A stretch of 64,000 bases of DNA from Longimicrobiales bacterium (GCA_965248195.1 CBDFIQ010000002.1:608001-672000); one strand, 5' to 3'; shown: positions 10,007 to 19,721, numbered from the stretch's first letter. Notes: generated by a model from the letters alone, not told the origin. Numbers and translations are program-made.

Positions 10007-10735
10007 CTACTCGGGCAGGGCTACGCGCACGAATCTCCGGAGGATCGCCTCGGCCTCCGGTGTTTCCGGCGTGGCGGCCGAGAATTCCTCGAGCGTGTCG
10101 TACCCGGTGAGCGGCAGATACGACGGATACTGGGCGATTCGCGCGATGATGCCGGCACGGTCCAGCTCCGGATGGAACTGGGCACAGTAGATGGGCTTGT
10201 CGGCGAAGCAGAACGCCTCGTTCTCAACGGTGGCGCTCGACGCCAGAAGCGTTGCCCCCTCAGGGAGCTTGGTCACGATATCCTCGTGGCCGATCAGGAC
10301 CTGGAAGCGGTCCCCCAGAGGACCGAACACGGGGTCCTTCTTACCCTCGGGTGTCAGCTTCAGCCAATGCGTCCCGACCTCCGCCTGACTCCGGTCCGTG
10401 ACCACCTCGCCCCCCATGGCTCTGGCCATGGCTTGAAACCCCCAACAAGACGCAAACGTCGGCTTGGACGTCTCGTGTAGCTGACGCATGGCTTCGAGGG
10501 CCGCGGACAGCCACGGACCGCCTTTGGCGACGGAGTAGTCGCCGCTCCCACCCAGCAGGACCACGTCGGCCTCGCCCAGCTCGGACTCGGTGGGCACACC
10601 GCTCAAGAGGTCGAAGACACGAATCTGATCTCGATCGCAGCGGAGCGAACGGGAAAAGCACTGGACCTCGTGCTCCCTCATGGGGTCGTCGGGATCACGG
10701 ACCTGAAGGAGCAGGAAATGGAGTGGGTGTGTCAT
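10007..10735 (-). CDS. Type 1 glutamine amidotransferase
   Basis: GGSG, ASCWGFQ nucleophile elbow, QFHPE; start reassigned to MTHPLH. Confidence 0.9.
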   Translation of the reverse strand: MTHPLHFLLLQVRDPDDPMREHEVQCFSRSLRCDRDQIRVFDLLSGVPTESELGEADVVLLGGSGDYSVAKGGPWLSAALEAMRQLHETSKPTFASCWGFQAMARAMGGEVVTDRSQAEVGTHWLKLTPEGKKDPVFGPLGDRFQVLIGHEDIVTKLPEGATLLASSATVENEAFCFADKPIYCAQFHPELDRAGIIARIAQYPSYLPLTGYDTLEEFSAATPETPEAEAILRRFVRVALPE

Positions 10736-10850
10736 GGAAGGGTTGCTTATTGAGCGGGAAAGAGTGGGGCCGCGACGAGGGGACCAACGAGGGGGGCGTG
10801 CCCGCGACGGGTACGCCCCCCTCTTGGTGGATGCTGACGAGGTAACGTGC

Positions 10851-11678
10851 TCAGTGGCCCTGCACAACCTGGTTCCGCAGGATGCCGACGCCCTCGATCT
10901 CCACCTCGTAGACGTCACCCGGCTCCATCGCGCGGGTGCTGCCCATCGTGCCGGACCAGATCAGATCGCCCGGCTCGAGCGTGAAATATCTGGAGATGTA
11001 GCTGACCATATGGTTCATGTCGAAAATCAGGTCGGAGCTGTTCTCCTCCTGGCGTATTTCGCCGTTGAGGCGACCCTCGATCTGGAGGTGCGTATAGTCC
11101 AAGCCCGCGACCACGACCGGACCCACGGCGTTGAACCCGCGGGTGCCCTTCGCACGGACCCACTGGATGTCGGTACCCTGCCAGGCTCGCTCACTCACGT
11201 CATTCCCGGCCGCCACGCCGAAGATATAGTCCGGCGCATCTTCCGGACTCACATTCACGGCACGCCTGCCGATCACGATGACCATCTCCGCCTCGTAGTG
11301 GAGATTTTCGGATCCCGGAGGCCGTACGATGTTCTCACCGGGACCGATGAGCGAACTCGCGGGCACGGTGAACAGGCCCGGATACTCCGCCGGCTCGCCA
11401 CTGATATGGCTGCGGAAGTTGAAGGCGGTCATGAAGACGAGGGTCGGGTCGACCGGGGCCTTCATCGTCACGGCGGACTCCGTCGTCGTCCGCCCCGTAC
11501 GCTGACCCCCGAGGTAGGGAGCGTCGCTGAGCTGGCGAATCGTGGTGCCATCCAGCTCTCCCCACGAGATGTCTCCAGCTTGCTCGTACCTTACGTATCT
11601 CGTTTGGGCGTCGGCCGTGTCGCCCACCACCCCCGCCGCGATGACGCCAAGCACAAACAGTGTCAACATACGCTTCAT
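10851..11678 (-). CDS. Fumarylacetoacetate hydrolase family protein with a signal peptide
   Basis: HYEAEM, GNDVSER, AKG, TLEPGDLIWSGT. Confidence 0.92.
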   Translation of the reverse strand: MKRMLTLFVLGVIAAGVVGDTADAQTRYVRYEQAGDISWGELDGTTIRQLSDAPYLGGQRTGRTTTESAVTMKAPVDPTLVFMTAFNFRSHISGEPAEYPGLFTVPASSLIGPGENIVRPPGSENLHYEAEMVIVIGRRAVNVSPEDAPDYIFGVAAGNDVSERAWQGTDIQWVRAKGTRGFNAVGPVVVAGLDYTHLQIEGRLNGEIRQEENSSDLIFDMNHMVSYISRYFTLEPGDLIWSGTMGSTRAMEPGDVYEVEIEGVGILRNQVVQGH

Positions 11679-11753
11679 GAAAAACCTCCTGTCGATGAAT
11701 CCATCGCTACCGTAGGGCGCTGGCCCGGGGCCGTCAAGGCACCTCAGGCCGTA

Positions 11754-12374
11754 TCAACGGACCTCCGGCCCACCCACGCGATCATCGGGGACGAAGCGGT
11801 TTCGGGCGGGCATCACCACCGCCGGTAGGGTCTCGGCATTCATGACCGCGTCCTCCGGGATGATTTCATTGAGGAAGAGGATGTATGCGGCGACCGCGTA
11901 GACTTCGTCGTCCGTGAGCGACCCGGGGAACGTCATCGGCATCGCACGCTTGACGTAGTCGAAGATGGTGGTGGCGTACGGCCAGTAGTTTCCGACGGTC
12001 TTGCGGATGCCTCGGGTTTCGCCGAACGGAAAACCCTCCCGGGGCTCACGGCCCACGAGCCGATCGTTCGGACCCTCTTGCCCCGTGATACCATGGCAAG
12101 CGACGCACTTGACGTTGTAGACCGCCCTGCCCTCGGCGACGGAGCCGCTCCCAGGAGGGGCTCCTGCTCCGTCCGGTCCGAAGTCGATGTTCAGCACGTC
12201 AATCTCGGCTGGCGTGGCGTCCTGGCCGATCGCAAAAGAAGCGGGCCATTCGCTGGTTCCCGACCCCACCCCACTACTCCCTTGGTCCGCCGTGTCCGGC
12301 ACGCATCCGTACAGGAGGAGCGCCGTCGCCGCCACCAGCCCACAAAAGGGCCCTCCCGGGCTTCGCTGGCTCAA
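11754..12374 (-). CDS. Mono-heme cytochrome c lipoprotein (SoxD/SorB-like)
   Basis: LYGC lipobox; CVACH; GNYWPYATTIFDYVKRAMP. Confidence 0.88.
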   Translation of the reverse strand: MSQRSPGGPFCGLVAATALLLYGCVPDTADQGSSGVGSGTSEWPASFAIGQDATPAEIDVLNIDFGPDGAGAPPGSGSVAEGRAVYNVKCVACHGITGQEGPNDRLVGREPREGFPFGETRGIRKTVGNYWPYATTIFDYVKRAMPMTFPGSLTDDEVYAVAAYILFLNEIIPEDAVMNAETLPAVVMPARNRFVPDDRVGGPEVR

Positions 12375-13621
12375 AGCATCTCTCCCTGTGCGAAGAACAC
12401 GCGTCCGTCGGCTTCGACCTTCCAGGGCCGGATGTTGTTGTAGTGGTAGGAGGTGCCTTCGCCCCGCGCCGCTATCTGTGTTTCAAGATCCGGCTGCACG
12501 TAACCGGTTTCGTCGATTGCGCGGCTCATGAGAAGGGCCTCGCCGCCGTCCCAGTTCCAGATGTGCCGGAAGCGGGTGGCACACTTCGAGAGGACCGGCT
12601 CCTGAAGCTGAGCGGGTACCCACGTGCGCCCGCCGTTCGTGCTCACTTCCACCCGGGTGATGCGGCCCCGGCCACTCCACGCCAGGCCTCGGATCTCCCA
12701 CCAACCGCGCTCCGGAAGTACGAAGGGATAGGCCGGGAAGGTGATCGTCGACTTGGCGTCCATCACGAAGCTGAACTGCCGCACGGTCCCATCGGCGAGG
12801 GGGTCCGTGTACTTGGAGGTTTCGTCGCGCGTCATGGACGGCCGGTCGGAGGCCTCGAGGCGGCGGATCCATTTGACTTGGGCGTTGCCTTCCCACCCAG
12901 GAAGGAGCAGCCGCGCGGGAAAGCCCTGCTCGGGACGGATCGCCTCGCCGTTCTGCCCGTACGCGATCATGGCGTCGTCCAACGCCTTTTCGACCGGAAT
13001 GCTGCGGGACATGACCGCCGCATCGCCACCCTCGGCCAGCAGCCAGGTAGCGTCGGGGCTGATCCCGACCTCACGCAGGAGGGTCGAAAGTGCGACACCG
13101 CTCCATTCACTCGTGCTGAACAGTCCGTCGATCTGGCTGGGGGCACGCTCCCGAGGGGCGTTCCGGTTATAGGCGGCACCACCGTTGCCGGAGCACTCCA
13201 TGAAACAAATCCGAGACTCCGCTGGAAACCGCTTCAGGTCGTCGAGCGTGTACGTCATCGGTCGATCCACCATCCCGTGGATCAGGAGTTCATACCGATC
13301 CGGGTCGATCGCTGGAACGCCGGCGTGGTGGCGCTCGAAGTGGAGATCCGCCGGAGTGATGATGCCCCGAAGTTGCTCGAGCGGGCTCCTGGAGGACGCT
13401 GTCGGTGCGGGTGTGCCCATGACGCGCCGGGGCTGCTCTCCCGGTGCCCGTTGGCCCAGCACGCTGGTCGGCGCCCCGAGAAACTTCGTGGGATCCACCT
13501 GTGCGGTCTGCAGGGGGGCGGCTTCTCCCACCGTGACCGCATCGGCCTGGGTCTTCAACAGACCCCCAGCGATCAGCCCTCCCGTGGCTCCCAACATCGC
13601 GCGTCTTGAGATGTCGCCCAT
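12371..13621 (-). CDS. soxC: Sulfite dehydrogenase molybdopterin subunit (SoxC/SorA type)
   Basis: Tat motif SRRAML; LHFERHHAG; ECSGN; EQGFPARLLLPGWEG. Confidence 0.88.
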   Translation of the reverse strand: MGDISRRAMLGATGGLIAGGLLKTQADAVTVGEAAPLQTAQVDPTKFLGAPTSVLGQRAPGEQPRRVMGTPAPTASSRSPLEQLRGIITPADLHFERHHAGVPAIDPDRYELLIHGMVDRPMTYTLDDLKRFPAESRICFMECSGNGGAAYNRNAPRERAPSQIDGLFSTSEWSGVALSTLLREVGISPDATWLLAEGGDAAVMSRSIPVEKALDDAMIAYGQNGEAIRPEQGFPARLLLPGWEGNAQVKWIRRLEASDRPSMTRDETSKYTDPLADGTVRQFSFVMDAKSTITFPAYPFVLPERGWWEIRGLAWSGRGRITRVEVSTNGGRTWVPAQLQEPVLSKCATRFRHIWNWDGGEALLMSRAIDETGYVQPDLETQIAARGEGTSYHYNNIRPWKVEADGRVFFAQGEML

Positions 13622-13717
13622 CGTTCGACTCCTGGAATTTGGTAGCCTGCATGTCACGGGACACAACCTTTGTCCAGAGCCATGCCGTCCGCAAGCCGTG
13701 ACAGGAAAATCGCGGCG

Positions 13718-13746
13718 TTGACACCCTATCCCTCTCCGCCTAGCGT
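13718..13746 (+). promoter_or_regulatory. Sigma70 promoter giving a probably leaderless transcript
   Basis: TTGACA-17 bp-TAGCGT; ATG 13754 follows after 7 nt. Confidence 0.6.
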
Positions 13747-13753
13747 GCTAGGC

Positions 13754-14089
13754 ATGATAGGTACGAACGTGCGCATACGTGATCGTTTCATTGCCGTGTT
13801 GGCAATCTGGATCGTGGCTGTGGGCGCCCTCATCCCGTCCATGGATCGGGAGCTCCTCGGCTCGGACCTCGCGATCGAGTCAGGGCACAACGAGGCGTGC
13901 GCTCATCCCCATCACGATCACACGTTCTGCATGCAGCTCGGCAAGCAGCGCTGGTCCAAGGGCTCATCGATTCCGTCTCAGGTGTTTCCGCCTGTTGCGG
14001 GCGAGTCGGTCTCGGTGCGCCACGATGCCCCGGTCGAGGTCCTGCGCCGCATCCTCACCCGCTCCCGCGCCCCACCACACACCACCTGA
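13754..14089 (+). CDS. DUF2946/CruR-like His/Cys-rich leader protein ending in RAPP
   Basis: Hydrophobic N-terminus; HNEACAHPHHDHTFC; C-terminal SRAPPHTT. Confidence 0.7.
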   Translation: MIGTNVRIRDRFIAVLAIWIVAVGALIPSMDRELLGSDLAIESGHNEACAHPHHDHTFCMQLGKQRWSKGSSIPSQVFPPVAGESVSVRHDAPVEVLRRILTRSRAPPHTT

Positions 14090-14218
14090 GAACAACCTCT
14101 GCGTGCTGCAGAGGAACCATCGAGCGCAGCTCCCGAGCCCAGAACCGTCGGGGGCAGTGCTTTGCGGGTCGAGTGTTCCGGTCATAGCCCCGGCAGACCC
14201 GAATCTCAGGGAGTTGCC

Positions 14219-15568
14219 ATGCGAAACATTCCATATGGGTGCGTACGGTTTCTTGCGTTGGCGGGAATCCTGGCCGTTAGCCCGGTACGCGCGCAGGCAC
14301 AGGACGTGCCGGCGGCGCGGCTCGATTCCCTCCGGGTGGCCCTCGAGGTGCTGAGAGCTCGGCTCGACAGCCTCGAGGGCATCGTGGCTCGTAGCCAGGC
14401 GGGGCCGGAGGTTCGAGATCAAGAGGAGACGACGACGGACGCGATCGCCCGGCTCCGGGCGGCGGCCCAGGCTGCTGCGGGGGACGCCGCAGCAGACACG
14501 ATGGCCCGGGCCCAGGGCGCCCAGGAGTTCGTCGGTCGTGCCCGGTCGCTACAGGCGCTGAATCCGGAGATCAGCCTGAATGGTGATTTTTTTGCGTCCA
14601 TCCAGAGTGGGGAACCCGACGCGGAGAACTTCATTCCTCGCGAGTTCGAGCTGTCGCTCGTCTCGGCGCTGGACCCCTTCACTCGTGCCAAGGTATTCCT
14701 CGCCTCGGAGGAGCAGGGGGGTCGGATCGAAGTGTTTCCGGGTGGTGGTGAAGAGGAGGGCTCCGGGGCGGGCGTTTCTGTGGAGGAGGGCTACGTCGAG
14801 TGGGTTGCGTTGCCGGGCGGTGTCGGCCTCAAGGTCGGGCGGTTCTTCCAGCAGTTCGGGCAGCTCAACCGCTGGCACTCGCATGCGCTTCAGTTCCAGA
14901 GCCGGTCACTCCCGCACCTCGCCTTCATCGGAGAGGAGTCCTTGGCCCAGGACGGCGCCTCGGCTCACTGGCTGCTTCCGACCGGGGGGTCCGGAGCGTA
15001 TGAGGCCACCGTGGAGGTCACCCGGAGTCGTAATGAGATCCTGTTCGGGGAGTCGCACCGGCTCAGCTATCTGGGCCATATGAACGCGTTCTGGCAGCTT
15101 ACTCCATCCACGGATCTGGACCTGGGCGTGAGCGCTCTGTTCGGTGACTACGAGGATCCTTCTGGACGACACGGCAATCGCCTTTTTGGAGCGGAGATGT
15201 CGTTCAATTGGGCCCCGCCGGAGCGAGCGCTTTACCGCGGAGTCGTCGTACGAGGGGGAGTCATGCTCTCGGATCCCGCGGCCGTTTCCGGACTTCTCGA
15301 GCCGGATCCGGCGTGGGGTATCTGGTCGCTGGCAGAGGTCAAACTCTCTCGCCAGTGGATTGCCGGAGGGCGGTACGATTGGGTGGAAAATCCGGAGAAT
15401 CCCACTGAGTCCGCGTGGCTCGCCGGCCCCGCGCTGACCTATTGGCAGAGCGAGTACGTACGGTTGAGGGCGGAGTACGACATCCTGGGGAATCCCGGCA
15501 AGACCACGGGGCAGTTCACGCTCCGGATCACGTTCGCAATGGGTCCGCACAGACACGAAACATATTGA
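14219..15568 (+). CDS. Outer-membrane beta-barrel associated with metal uptake
   Basis: Signal peptide, coiled coil, LNPEISLNG, alternating beta strands, C-terminal GPHRHETY; in an operon with the metal ABC genes. Confidence 0.75.
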   Translation: MRNIPYGCVRFLALAGILAVSPVRAQAQDVPAARLDSLRVALEVLRARLDSLEGIVARSQAGPEVRDQEETTTDAIARLRAAAQAAAGDAAADTMARAQGAQEFVGRARSLQALNPEISLNGDFFASIQSGEPDAENFIPREFELSLVSALDPFTRAKVFLASEEQGGRIEVFPGGGEEEGSGAGVSVEEGYVEWVALPGGVGLKVGRFFQQFGQLNRWHSHALQFQSRSLPHLAFIGEESLAQDGASAHWLLPTGGSGAYEATVEVTRSRNEILFGESHRLSYLGHMNAFWQLTPSTDLDLGVSALFGDYEDPSGRHGNRLFGAEMSFNWAPPERALYRGVVVRGGVMLSDPAAVSGLLEPDPAWGIWSLAEVKLSRQWIAGGRYDWVENPENPTESAWLAGPALTYWQSEYVRLRAEYDILGNPGKTTGQFTLRITFAMGPHRHETY

Positions 15569-15580
15569 GGGGGTGACACG

Positions 15581-16621
15581 ATGCTGAGAACCATCGCCGC
15601 AGTCACAGCTTTGGGTTTGATGGCGGGAGAGGGGAGCGCGCAAGCGGATCCCGTCCGGGTCGTTGCGACGCTTCCGGTCTATGCAGATCTCGTCGAGAAG
15701 ATCGGGGGTGCTGAGGTCGACGTGAGCGCCATCGCGGCACCGAATGAGGACGCTCACTTCGTGCGTCCCAAGCCGAGCTTCGCGCTGTCCATTCGGCGGG
15801 CCGATCTGTTCATCACGACGGGACTCGACCTCGAGCTTTGGGCTCCGATCGTGCTGGACCGGGCCGGAAACGCCGACGTGTCCGAAGGGGGAAGGGGGTA
15901 CGTGACGGCCTACACGAGGATCGAATTACTCGACATCCCCGTAACAGCGGACCGGAGCGGAGGAGACGTGCATATTTTCGGTAATCCGCACCTCACGACC
16001 GACCCCCTCCGAGCCCTCCAGGTGGCCCGCAACATCACCGTGGGGCTCGAACGGGTGGCGCCGGACCGGTCCCGGGTCTGGGACGCGGGACTGGCCCGCG
16101 TGACGGCGGAAATCCATCGGCGGCTATTCGGAGACAGGCTCGTGGAGCTCCTGGGCGGAGATCTGCTCGAACAGCTCGCACTCCAGGGGACTCTTCATGC
16201 CTTCCTGGAAGGGGAAGAGTTCGAGGGCCGTCCGCTCATCTCCGAGTTGGGTGGCTGGTTGGGCGTCGCGGAAGCGTTCCGAGGCCGTGACATCATTTGC
16301 TACCACAAGAACTGGGCATACTTGGAGGATCGGTTCGGTGTGCATTGCGCCGAGTTCGTCGAAGCGAGGCCCGGCATCCCTCCGACCCCGGGACACGTGG
16401 TCTCCCTTCTCGAGAAGATGACGAGTGAGGGGATCGGGGTGATCCTAGCCGCTTCCTACTACGACGAACGAAAGGTCGAGACGGTCGCCCGACGTGGGAT
16501 GGCCCGCTCGGTCGTGGTGTCGATGAACCCCGGGGGGACGGCGGGTGTCGACGACTACTTCGCCCTGGTGGACACGTGGGTGGACGGTTTGGCCGGGGCG
16601 TTCGCCGGGTCCGGGGGCTGA
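15581..16621 (+). CDS. Metal ABC transporter substrate-binding protein (ZnuA/TroA family)
   Basis: EDAHFVRPKPS, GNPH, YHKNWAY, PGIPPTPGH. Confidence 0.92.
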   Translation: MLRTIAAVTALGLMAGEGSAQADPVRVVATLPVYADLVEKIGGAEVDVSAIAAPNEDAHFVRPKPSFALSIRRADLFITTGLDLELWAPIVLDRAGNADVSEGGRGYVTAYTRIELLDIPVTADRSGGDVHIFGNPHLTTDPLRALQVARNITVGLERVAPDRSRVWDAGLARVTAEIHRRLFGDRLVELLGGDLLEQLALQGTLHAFLEGEEFEGRPLISELGGWLGVAEAFRGRDIICYHKNWAYLEDRFGVHCAEFVEARPGIPPTPGHVVSLLEKMTSEGIGVILAASYYDERKVETVARRGMARSVVVSMNPGGTAGVDDYFALVDTWVDGLAGAFAGSGG

Positions 16622-16623
16622 AA

Positions 16624-17445
16624 ATGCTCGATCTCATGATCCCGCCGATCGTGGCCGGCCTGGTGATCCTTTCGATCCACACTTATCTGGGCCTCCACGT
16701 CATCGCCCGGGGGGTGATTTTTGTGGATCTCGCTTTCGCGCAGATCGCCGCGCTCGGTGCCACGGTGGGATTCTTGATGGGCGTAGCACACGGGACGCCG
16801 ACCGCCCTGGCTTTTTCGATGGGCTTTACCCTCGTGGGGGCGCTCATCTTCTCGTTCAGCCGTCTCGAAGAGACCGTCGTTCCCCAGGAGGCCGTGATCG
16901 GCATCACCTTTGTGGTGGCTTCGGCCGCGGTGATTCTGATCGCCGGGTTCACGGCGGAGGGTGCCGAGCACATCGCCGAAACGCTGACCGGGACGTTGAT
17001 CTGGGTCGGGTGGCCAGAAATTATCCGCATGGCCGTGGTCTACGTGATACTCGGCGTGATCTACTTCATCTTCAGGAAGCCCTTCCTGTCGGTATCCCTG
17101 GGAGAAGCCGACGTGCCACGGGCCCGTGGGTGGGATTTTCTCTTCTATGCGCTCTTTGGGATCGTCATCTCGTTCTCGGTGCCGGTCGCCGGGGTGCTCA
17201 TGGTGTTCAGTGCACTCGTCATTCCCGCGGTGGTCGCGTTCCTCTTCACGAGCCGGTTCCGTGTGGCCCTCGGGATCGCGTGGGCCGTCGGTGCGGTCAC
17301 GCTCGTGACCGGCGTTGTGGCGTCTTTCGCCTCGGACATCCCCACCGGTCCTCTTCTCGTATGCATGTTCGGCTTGGCCGTGCTGATCGCCCTGCTGATT
17401 CGATTCGTTACGGGTGTTCGCCCAGGCTCGGTCGTCAAGCCCTAG
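16624..17445 (+). CDS. Metal ABC transporter permease (ABC-3/ZnuB-like)
   Basis: HTYLGLHVIARGVIFVDLAFAQ, GVLMVFSALVIPA, PTGP. Confidence 0.9.
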   Translation: MLDLMIPPIVAGLVILSIHTYLGLHVIARGVIFVDLAFAQIAALGATVGFLMGVAHGTPTALAFSMGFTLVGALIFSFSRLEETVVPQEAVIGITFVVASAAVILIAGFTAEGAEHIAETLTGTLIWVGWPEIIRMAVVYVILGVIYFIFRKPFLSVSLGEADVPRARGWDFLFYALFGIVISFSVPVAGVLMVFSALVIPAVVAFLFTSRFRVALGIAWAVGAVTLVTGVVASFASDIPTGPLLVCMFGLAVLIALLIRFVTGVRPGSVVKP

Positions 17446-17482
17446 CCCCAGTCGGATTCACGGGCTTCAGTAAAGGGGGACC

Positions 17483-18292
17483 TCACGTCCGCAGACCATC
17501 GAACAGATCGCTCTCACGCTCCCGCCCGCCGTTCACAGTGCTGAAAACGCGATAGAACGCCTGAGACCCCCAAAGCGCTTCGTGGAGTTCGGGCGGGAGG
17601 TCCTCGAGTTTCTCATAGGCCGAGATCTGTGATGCGTGGCAGGATATTGCTCTCCATACCTGCGGCCACCACCTCCGGGTGTCGATTCGGGTGGTGATCG
17701 CCCAATCCGGCCATGGAGTGGCTTGGCGCTCCACACCATCGACGGTCATTGTGAGCTTCTTGAAGGCGGCCTGGTAGGCGGCCCACTCGGGCGCCGACCA
17801 GCAAAAATAATACAGCTTCGAGAGAGCGTGGGGCGCCCCTTGGCCGGGGAGATACGCCGCGTCCGCCGCCGCGACCGCGGCCGCCGTGGTGAACTGGCAG
17901 ATCGCGATGTGATCCGCGTGGCCGTAGGCGCCCGCCTGATCGAACGTCAACACGACCTGCGGGCGTACGCGCCGCAGATGCTGGACGATCTTACCGATGG
18001 CTTCGGTCGGATCGGCCTGATCCAGGTCCCCGTCCACGTAGTCGAGAAAGCTGACCTCCTCGACCCCGAGGACGTCCGCCGCGTCCAGGAGCTCCTGTTC
18101 CCGGATTCGGCCCATGGCCTCAGGACCGGGGTGCTCGGTGCCGTCATGATACCGGCCGCGCTCACCACGCGTCGCGGTCACGACGTACGTCTTCACTCCC
18201 TCCGAAGCGTATTTGGCCAGGGAGCCTCCCGTCCCCAATGATTCGTCGTCCGGGTGGGCCAGAACGGCCATGAGTTTTAGCGGGCGCGTCAT
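17483..18292 (-). CDS. PIG-L family deacetylase
   Basis: AHPDDE, TRGE, YGHADH, HASQ. Confidence 0.95.
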   Translation of the reverse strand: MTRPLKLMAVLAHPDDESLGTGGSLAKYASEGVKTYVVTATRGERGRYHDGTEHPGPEAMGRIREQELLDAADVLGVEEVSFLDYVDGDLDQADPTEAIGKIVQHLRRVRPQVVLTFDQAGAYGHADHIAICQFTTAAAVAAADAAYLPGQGAPHALSKLYYFCWSAPEWAAYQAAFKKLTMTVDGVERQATPWPDWAITTRIDTRRWWPQVWRAISCHASQISAYEKLEDLPPELHEALWGSQAFYRVFSTVNGGRERESDLFDGLRT

Positions 18293-18437
18293 GTTTGCCG
18301 TGGGAAAATTGTCTTCATCGGGCGCCCCGGGGATGAGGCTCCTTAAGTGTTGTGTGTCGCAACTGTCGTGTGCCGCAACCTGACGGGCACTTCAAGCCCA
18401 TGCAAGAAGGCTATTGCAAGAAGGCTATTGAAGGAGA

Positions 18438-18533
18438 GTGACCTACTGGGCAGTTTCGTTCGTCTCGCCGAGCGCGGGATGGGCCGTAGGCCCGGCTAGG
18501 AGGATCACTCACTTGGCCTTTCTGGACCACTGA
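18438..18533 (+). pseudogene. Remnant of a YCF48/BNR-repeat protein C-terminus
   Basis: Translates TYWAVSFVSPSAGWAVGPARRITHL, resembling the 'v.F.....GwavG..g.i' repeat; no upstream gene body. Confidence 0.45.
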
Positions 18534-18717
18534 TGTTGAGCGAGTAATGACGAGTGAGGTTGAACGACTAAATTAATGGAACTTACGAGCCGGTTCGCGG
18601 GATTAAGAACTCACGCTACGGGCGGTTTGTACGCACGGGAGCCGCCCATGGCAGAGGGTTCTCCCACGGCGACGGGGCCACCCCCGCCGACTACCCGCAC
18701 AACTGGAGAAAGCGACC

Positions 18718-19707
18718 ATGCTGATCCGAAGGCCCGCCGACATTCCGTCGTCCGAGATCACACCCGAGCGCGTCTATATCAATCGCCGTGAGTTCATTGG
18801 GAAGAGCGCGGGGATCGCGCTTGGTGGGGCTACCGGAGGTGCGCTGATCGGCGGTGCCGCAGGGGGCGCGCTGGTGGGCAGGCCCGAAAGGGCGGCGGCT
18901 CAGACGTCGCCGGGTCGCCAGAGAGACTGGAGCAGTGTGCGCTCCGAAATGGGCGAGGAATTGACGCCCTATGAGGACGTGACCTCCTACAACAACTTCT
19001 ACGAGTTCGGGACCCAGAAGGACGACCCGGTCAAAAACGCACATACACTTCAGCCCCGCCCTTGGACGATCGAGGTGGGAGGGATGTGCGCCAACCCGGG
19101 CGTGTACGGGCTGGAGGACTTCATTCGGCCCGGGAGGATGGAGGATCGGGTCTACCGGCTGCGGTGCGTAGAGGCTTGGTCCATGGTGATCCCCTGGTAT
19201 GGCTTCGCGCTCAAAGATGTGATCGATCGGGCGGAGCCGTTGGGAAGCGCTGGTTTCGTAGAGTTCAAGACGCTCCACGATCCCGCGCAGATGCCCGGTC
19301 AACGTGGGAGGGTCCTGGACTGGCCCTATGTAGAGGGCTTGCGCCTGGACGAGGCGCGCCACCCGCTCACCATTTTGGTGACCGGTGTCTACGGTCGGGA
19401 TCTTCCTAATCAGAACGGTGCGCCCATCCGGCTTGTGATACCGTGGAAATATGGGTTCAAGGGCATCAAGTCCATCGTGAGCATGACGTTCACGGAGCAG
19501 ATGCCGTGGAACTCGTGGAATAGGGCTGCGTCGAACGAGTATGGCTTTTACGCCAACGTGAACCCGGAGGTCAACCACCCGCGGTGGAGCCAGGCGCGGG
19601 AGCGGCGGCTCGGTGAGTTCCGCAGACGTGAGACGCTGTTGTTCAACGGGTACCTCGATCAGGTGGCGGGTCTTTACGCCGGGCTGGATCTCCGAGTCAA
19701 CTACTGA
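18718..19707 (+). CDS. msrP: Protein-methionine-sulfoxide reductase catalytic subunit
   Basis: Tat motif NRREFI; YNNFYEFG; RLRCVEAWSM; PWKYGFKGIKSI. Confidence 0.97.
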   Translation: MLIRRPADIPSSEITPERVYINRREFIGKSAGIALGGATGGALIGGAAGGALVGRPERAAAQTSPGRQRDWSSVRSEMGEELTPYEDVTSYNNFYEFGTQKDDPVKNAHTLQPRPWTIEVGGMCANPGVYGLEDFIRPGRMEDRVYRLRCVEAWSMVIPWYGFALKDVIDRAEPLGSAGFVEFKTLHDPAQMPGQRGRVLDWPYVEGLRLDEARHPLTILVTGVYGRDLPNQNGAPIRLVIPWKYGFKGIKSIVSMTFTEQMPWNSWNRAASNEYGFYANVNPEVNHPRWSQARERRLGEFRRRETLLFNGYLDQVAGLYAGLDLRVNY

Positions 19708-19721
19708 GCGGACCGAGCGGG

